From contig JAEOTE010000035.1 of NCBI GenBank assembly GCA_016839945.1, positions 1 to 12,343 of the forward strand: a stretch of DNA of 12,343 nucleotides. The letters run 5' to 3'. The stretch is from Candidatus Heimdallarchaeota archaeon. Lineage in GTDB: Archaea > Asgardarchaeota > Heimdallarchaeia > Heimdallarchaeales > Heimdallarchaeaceae. Below the pieces are notes generated by a model. It did not search any database and had not been told where the DNA came from. It saw only the letters and a program-made list of their open reading frames with translations. Position numbers and translations under genes: made by a program. Positions 7,699-12,343 of the stretch are shown one piece after another; the stretch's first letter is position 1, and every line of letters starts with the position of its first letter.

Positions 7699-8682
7699 TT
7701 AGTTTTCATTTTCAACAATTGATATCTCAAACATTGGTTGTTGTTTTTCTGACCAAAATGTCTGGTTGTCAATCATATATTTTATGAGATAACTGGTTAA
7801 ATCAGATTCTGATAAATCAGATCCTTTTACACTTCTTAAACCATGTATTTCTTTAACAAATTCTGTTAAAAGTCGCATCAAGAGATTTGTTCCTCTAAAT
7901 TCATCACATTTTGTAGTTATTAACCAGCAAGAAGTATGATCATCTGCTGCCATGACAATTTGTCTTCCTTTAAATCGCATATATTCAAGAATTGACTCCT
8001 TTCCTGATGCGAATTTATATCTGATTACAGGTAAAATCCCTTTATCTATTATTATTGTATCTGGTGTTCTTATTCTAGCTTCAATTATACCTTCATCTGT
8101 TTTGATGTATGCAACAAAATAGTCTACAGAGATTCCAGCTGAAATTAAATTTGTAATAATTGCAGTGGCTAACCAGTCGACAGTTTTATTGATGTTCTTA
8201 CCTGTAATAGGGGAAATAGCGAAAGATTCTATGTTATGTTCTTTTGATGTGAGTTGAAAGGTTTTTTGAATGGATTTTACTACTTTGGAATCAACAGGTG
8301 TGTCCCAAGTATTGATGAGAACTAGAATTGGAGATTGATGCTTTATCCATTTAAGAGCTCTAACAAACCATTGCTTGGATTCATCTAACTTATTTTCCTC
8401 TGTTGCATCAACTACATAAATCAAAGCATCAGATCGAGTGATATAACTTTCCCATAAAGATTTTCTGAATGCTTCTTTCCCACCCAGATCTGTGAGACCA
8501 AGTCTTAGTCCATCAATTTTTACTACCTCGTGGTTTATGCCAAAGGTAGTATAAGTCTCTGAAATTTCTTCTCGAAGAATTTTGTTCACTATTGAAGTTT
8601 TTCCTACACCATCTAGACCAGCTATAGAGACCATTAAATCTTTGGTTGAAAGTTTCCAATCCTTATAGCCATCTGATCCCAT
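7699..8682 (-). CDS. Arf/Sar-like small GTPase with degenerate G3-G5 motifs, fused to a longin-like C-terminal domain
   Basis: G1 GLDGVGKT, G2 TTFG, G3 DLGGK, Arf-like FRKSLWESY and LIYVVDA, G4 NTWD, G5 SPI. The ~140-aa tail has a beta-beta-alpha-beta-beta-beta-alpha-alpha pattern. I prefer ATG 8682 (GAAGGA SD upstream) to the track's GTG 8694. Confidence 0.85.
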   Translation of the reverse strand: MGSDGYKDWKLSTKDLMVSIAGLDGVGKTSIVNKILREEISETYTTFGINHEVVKIDGLRLGLTDLGGKEAFRKSLWESYITRSDALIYVVDATEENKLDESKQWFVRALKWIKHQSPILVLINTWDTPVDSKVVKSIQKTFQLTSKEHNIESFAISPITGKNINKTVDWLATAIITNLISAGISVDYFVAYIKTDEGIIEARIRTPDTIIIDKGILPVIRYKFASGKESILEYMRFKGRQIVMAADDHTSCWLITTKCDEFRGTNLLMRLLTEFVKEIHGLRSVKGSDLSESDLTSYLIKYMIDNQTFWSEKQQPMFEISIVENEN

Positions 8683-8989
8683 CAAATCCTTCACTTCTTC
8701 GACTCATTTACACTTAAATGATTTATGTCGCCAAAAAAACCCCTAATATATTTATCTCATGGAACTTATAAAAGTATTCTGAATATATTGTCCGCAATTC
8801 CAGATTCACTTAACGAAATTAATATCTTGGAAATGATGTTCTCATTTTATTAATATCACCTAAAATTATGTTTTTGTTATCTTTTTCTCCTCTTTCAGAT
8901 TTTTCATAAAACCACAACAATTATATATCAATGATTGGAAAATGATTTTGAAATTTACACTCAAATATTACTAGAGTGAGGTTAAAAAA

Positions 8990-10606
8990 ATGTATGGAAC
9001 ACCTGTTTATATTCTTAAGGAAGGAACAGAGAGAACTAGAGGAAAAGACGCTCAAAGAAATAATATCACAGCTGCAAGAGCTGTGTCTGAAGCTATAAGA
9101 TCAGCATTAGGACCTAAAGGCATGGACAAAATGCTAATAGATAACTTTGGCGACACTACAGTAACTAACGATGGTGCAACAATTTTAAAGGAAATTGAAG
9201 TAGGTCATCCAGCAGCAAAATTTGTTATTGATCTTGCTAAAACACAAGATCAGGAAACAGGAGATGGAACAACAAGTGTTGTTGTTATCGCTGGTGAATT
9301 ATTAAAACAAGCTGAAGAACTTCTTGATATGGATGTTCATCCAAGTCTGATTGTTGAAGGTTATAAACTTGCACGCTTTAAAGCCGAAGAAATTTTAGAA
9401 GAAATGGCAACAGAAGTACCGTTTGAAGATGAAAAAACAGTAAAATATGTGGCTCAAACTTCAATGTCTTCTAAAATTGTAAGTGGAGAAAAAGAGCCTC
9501 TTTCAGAAATTGTTGTCAAAGCAATAAAAGCTGTTGCTGAAGACAAGGATGGAGAAATGCATGTTGATATTGACAATATTCAAATACAAAAGAAGAAAGG
9601 TGGAAGCCTTGTTGATACAGAATTGATTGATGGAATAATATTGGATAAAGAAGTCGTTCATGCTGACATGCCGAAGAAAGTTGAAGATGCAAAAATTCTT
9701 CTTATTGATAAAGGTCTTGAATTAAGTAAAACTGAAATTGATGCTAAAATAAACATCACAAGTCCTGATCAGATTCAAGCGTTTTTAGATAACGAACATG
9801 AAATGTTAAAAGAAATGGCAGACAAGATTATTGAAGCTGGTGCTAATGTTGTTTTATGTCAAAAGGGAGTAGATGATATCGTACAGCACTATCTTGCAAA
9901 GAAGGGAATTGCTGCAGTTAGAAGAATAAAAAAGAGTGACATGGAAAAACTAGCCAAAGCTACAGGAGCTAAAATCACTACAAGTTTAGAAGAAATTGAC
10001 CAGTATCTTGGAAAAGCAAAAATTGTAGAAGAAAGAGCAATAGGTGACGATAATATGATATTTGTTACTGGTTGTATTAATCCAAAAGCTGTATCTATTC
10101 TAATTCGTGGTGGAACAGAAATGATTGTTAGCGAAGCTGATCGTGCTCTACATGATGCATTGTGTGTTGCACGACAAGTAGTTCATGACAAGAAAGTTGT
10201 TCCAGGTGGTGGAGCCCCTGAAATTCGCATAAGTCAAAAACTAAATGAATTTGCCATGGGTCATTCAAGCAAAGTTCAATTAGCTATTGAAAAATTTGCT
10301 AAAGCAATGGAAATTATCCCCAGAACATTAGCAGAAAATGCAGGGCTGGATCCAATTGACGTAATTTCAGAACTTCATGTGCAGCACTCTAAGAATGGTC
10401 ATGTATTTGGTGTTAATCCATTTGCAGCTAAAGTTGATGATATGGCAAAACTAAATGTGTGGGAACCAATATCTGTTAAGACACAAGCAGTAAATAGTGC
10501 TGCTGAAGCTGCAGAAATGATCCTAAGAATTGATGATGTTATCGCTGCAAAAGAATTATCTGGTGGTGGTCCTCCAGCACCAGGTGGTATGGACGAAGAT
10601 ATCTAA
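8990..10606 (+). CDS. ths: Thermosome (group II chaperonin) subunit
   Basis: [41 protein letters not shown] and ILRIDD motifs; Gly/Pro/Met acidic tail; SD gtgagg upstream. The alpha/beta paralog cannot be assigned by eye. Confidence 0.98.
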   Translation: MYGTPVYILKEGTERTRGKDAQRNNITAARAVSEAIRSALGPKGMDKMLIDNFGDTTVTNDGATILKEIEVGHPAAKFVIDLAKTQDQETGDGTTSVVVIAGELLKQAEELLDMDVHPSLIVEGYKLARFKAEEILEEMATEVPFEDEKTVKYVAQTSMSSKIVSGEKEPLSEIVVKAIKAVAEDKDGEMHVDIDNIQIQKKKGGSLVDTELIDGIILDKEVVHADMPKKVEDAKILLIDKGLELSKTEIDAKINITSPDQIQAFLDNEHEMLKEMADKIIEAGANVVLCQKGVDDIVQHYLAKKGIAAVRRIKKSDMEKLAKATGAKITTSLEEIDQYLGKAKIVEERAIGDDNMIFVTGCINPKAVSILIRGGTEMIVSEADRALHDALCVARQVVHDKKVVPGGGAPEIRISQKLNEFAMGHSSKVQLAIEKFAKAMEIIPRTLAENAGLDPIDVISELHVQHSKNGHVFGVNPFAAKVDDMAKLNVWEPISVKTQAVNSAAEAAEMILRIDDVIAAKELSGGGPPAPGGMDEDI

Positions 10607-10642
10607 GATATCTTCTTTTTTATTTCTTTTATTTTTAATTTT
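10595..10642 (+). terminator. Hairpin plus long T-tract terminator of the thermosome gene
   Basis: Inverted repeat gaagatatct-a-agatatcttc (10595-10615) spanning the stop codon, followed by several T runs. Confidence 0.6.
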
Positions 10643-10674
10643 ATAAGAACAATTAATAGATTTTATCAAAAATT

Positions 10675-10887
10675 TCAGCTGTAAGTTTTAAGAGCTTCTG
10701 CAACTTTATCTATCATATCTTTGGTAATTTTATCAGATTCCAATTCCACTATTGAAACCCAGGTAGAATATGCTGCTTCTCTTATCTTGTTATTTTTATC
10801 TGTCATACCATCTATGATTACGTCAACGATTTCAGGTGTTACTTTCAGAGTACCATCTTTCTGAATTTTCTGTGTTACGTATGACAT
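10675..10887 (-). CDS. Small protein (70 aa) with a single HEAT-repeat-like unit
   Basis: Likely start ATG 10887 (AGGTAAT just upstream). The track's extension to 10950 is AT-rich and intergenic-like. IVDVIIDGMTDKNNKIREAAYSTWVSIV matches the HEAT pattern L..L.D....VR.AA...L..I. Confidence 0.65.
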   Translation of the reverse strand: MSYVTQKIQKDGTLKVTPEIVDVIIDGMTDKNNKIREAAYSTWVSIVELESDKITKDMIDKVAEALKTYS

Positions 10888-11005
10888 ATTACCTAATTTT
10901 ATAATGCATTTCTCTTTAAAAATGTTTTTCATTTCTTTAAAAAAATGCATTCTAATTATATTTTAAACACTTTATCAAGAAAAAAAGTAAGGCAAAGAAG
11001 GAATA

Positions 11006-12193
11006 CTACTGCTTTGCTTTTGTTGCTATTGTTTTTCCTAATTCTTTAGCTTGCGTTAATAATTCTTCAGTTGGAGCCCCTTTGAATTCTAGTAAGGGTT
11101 CAACAATTTCCCAATCTAATTCCAGTAAAGCATCAGCAGCTTGTTTTAAAGCTCTTCCACTCCACATTGATGATCCAAAGAATCCTACAATCCTGTCTCG
11201 AAGATTTTTTCTTTTCATTAAATGGAGATAATATGATGTTTTTAGAAAAGGTCCCCCATCATATGTTGGAAATCCTAGAATTATCCCCTTGTTTTTCCAT
11301 GATTCTTTCAATAGATAACTAAAATCATCTCTTGAGAAATCTAGTACAGTAACTTCTACTCCTACTTCCTTAACTCCCTCAATCACATGGTCAACGACCT
11401 GTTTAGTGTTTCCATACATTGAACCCCAAATTATTACTACTGAGGGTTCAGCTTTTCTTTCTGAAAAATCTTCGTACAGTTTTATTATTCTTCCTGGATC
11501 TTTTCTCCAGATTAAACCATGAGCTGGAGCTATTATTTTGATACTCAATCCAGCTAATTTCTCCATAGCTTTCTTTACATATTTCACATATTTTGCAACA
11601 ATATTACTGAAGTATCTTATAGTTTCTTCATAATAATCATCAGGATTAACTTCATCATCAAAGATTCCATCATCCAGAGCTTTATATGAACCAAAAGCAT
11701 CGCATGAAAAGAGAACTTGTTCTTTTGTGTCATATGTAACCATTGTTTCTGGCCAATGAACTAATGGATCCATATAGAAAACTAATTCTCTGTCACCTAA
11801 ATCTAGCTTCTCTCCTTCTTCAACAACGTGCACATTTTCAGTTATCCGATAAAGACACTCAACCATACCTTTTGCTTTCTTTGAGCAATAGATTTTTGCT
11901 TGCGGAGCTTTCTCTAATAACTTTAGTAAAGAGCTACTATGATCTGGTTCTAAATGGTTTAGGACGATATAATCTATATCTTCAAAGGGTGTAACTTGTT
12001 CTACTTTTTTTAGAAATTCATCTACAAAGATAATTTTTACTGTATCAATTACTGCGGTTTTTTCACCTTTTACTATATAGCTATTATAACTGACACCTTC
12101 AGGCAAAGGCCACAATCCTTCAAAAATATCTGTATCATGATCATTAACTCCAACATAATAAATTCCTGATGCTACTTCTTTCATTCCAATCAT
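11006..12193 (-). CDS. fprA: Class A flavodiiron protein (FprA family O2/NO reductase)
   Basis: GVSYNSY, diiron ligands HLEPDH, HWPET, DAFG and PAHG, and a flavodoxin domain with SMYGNT and GFPTY. Confidence 0.95.
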   Translation of the reverse strand: MIGMKEVASGIYYVGVNDHDTDIFEGLWPLPEGVSYNSYIVKGEKTAVIDTVKIIFVDEFLKKVEQVTPFEDIDYIVLNHLEPDHSSSLLKLLEKAPQAKIYCSKKAKGMVECLYRITENVHVVEEGEKLDLGDRELVFYMDPLVHWPETMVTYDTKEQVLFSCDAFGSYKALDDGIFDDEVNPDDYYEETIRYFSNIVAKYVKYVKKAMEKLAGLSIKIIAPAHGLIWRKDPGRIIKLYEDFSERKAEPSVVIIWGSMYGNTKQVVDHVIEGVKEVGVEVTVLDFSRDDFSYLLKESWKNKGIILGFPTYDGGPFLKTSYYLHLMKRKNLRDRIVGFFGSSMWSGRALKQAADALLELDWEIVEPLLEFKGAPTEELLTQAKELGKTIATKAKQ

Positions 12194-12343
12194 CTCTTAA
12201 TCCACTAGAAATTAACTATATTTCCAGTTTTGATTCTTTAAGAATTTTTCACGATAAAATCAAATAGTTTATTTAAAAATATTAGCGTTTATCGAAAAGA
12301 TGATACCTTTTTAACCAAAATTCTTATCTAGTAATAATAGAAA

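Noticed and set aside
8663-8707. 14-codon out-of-frame ORF from ATG 8707 overlapping the GTPase start (possible uORF or frameshift)
   Set aside because: Short enough to be chance, and the GTPase domain is complete from ATG 8682.
10888-10950. N-terminal extension of the 91-aa ORF
   Set aside because: AT-rich promoter-like sequence; the better start with an SD-like motif is at 10887.
11743-11994. 83-aa plus-strand ORF
   Set aside because: Antisense shadow inside fprA.

Overview
AT-rich archaeal window. The gene content (group II chaperonin, an Arf-like GTPase with a longin-like tail, TPR/HEAT solenoid proteins, GTGA/GAGG-type SD motifs) suggests Asgard archaea, possibly Heimdallarchaeia; this is inference, not a database result. 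From 1779 onward it looks like core genome: a hypothetical protein, two TPR-type proteins, hisS, a degenerate Arf-like GTPase, a thermosome subunit, a small HEAT-like protein and a flavodiiron protein (fprA). The most interesting part is missing from the ORF track because it runs off the left edge. It is a minus-strand ORF starting at 1531 and open for 510 codons, encoding an enlarged TnpB/Cas12-like RuvC protein with the RuvC-I GIDVN Asp at residue 423. Directly upstream, on the same strand, lies an ~165-nt non-coding leader with up to three kink-turn (box C/D-type) motifs. This suggests an RNA-guided nuclease whose leader or guide RNA binds L7Ae.
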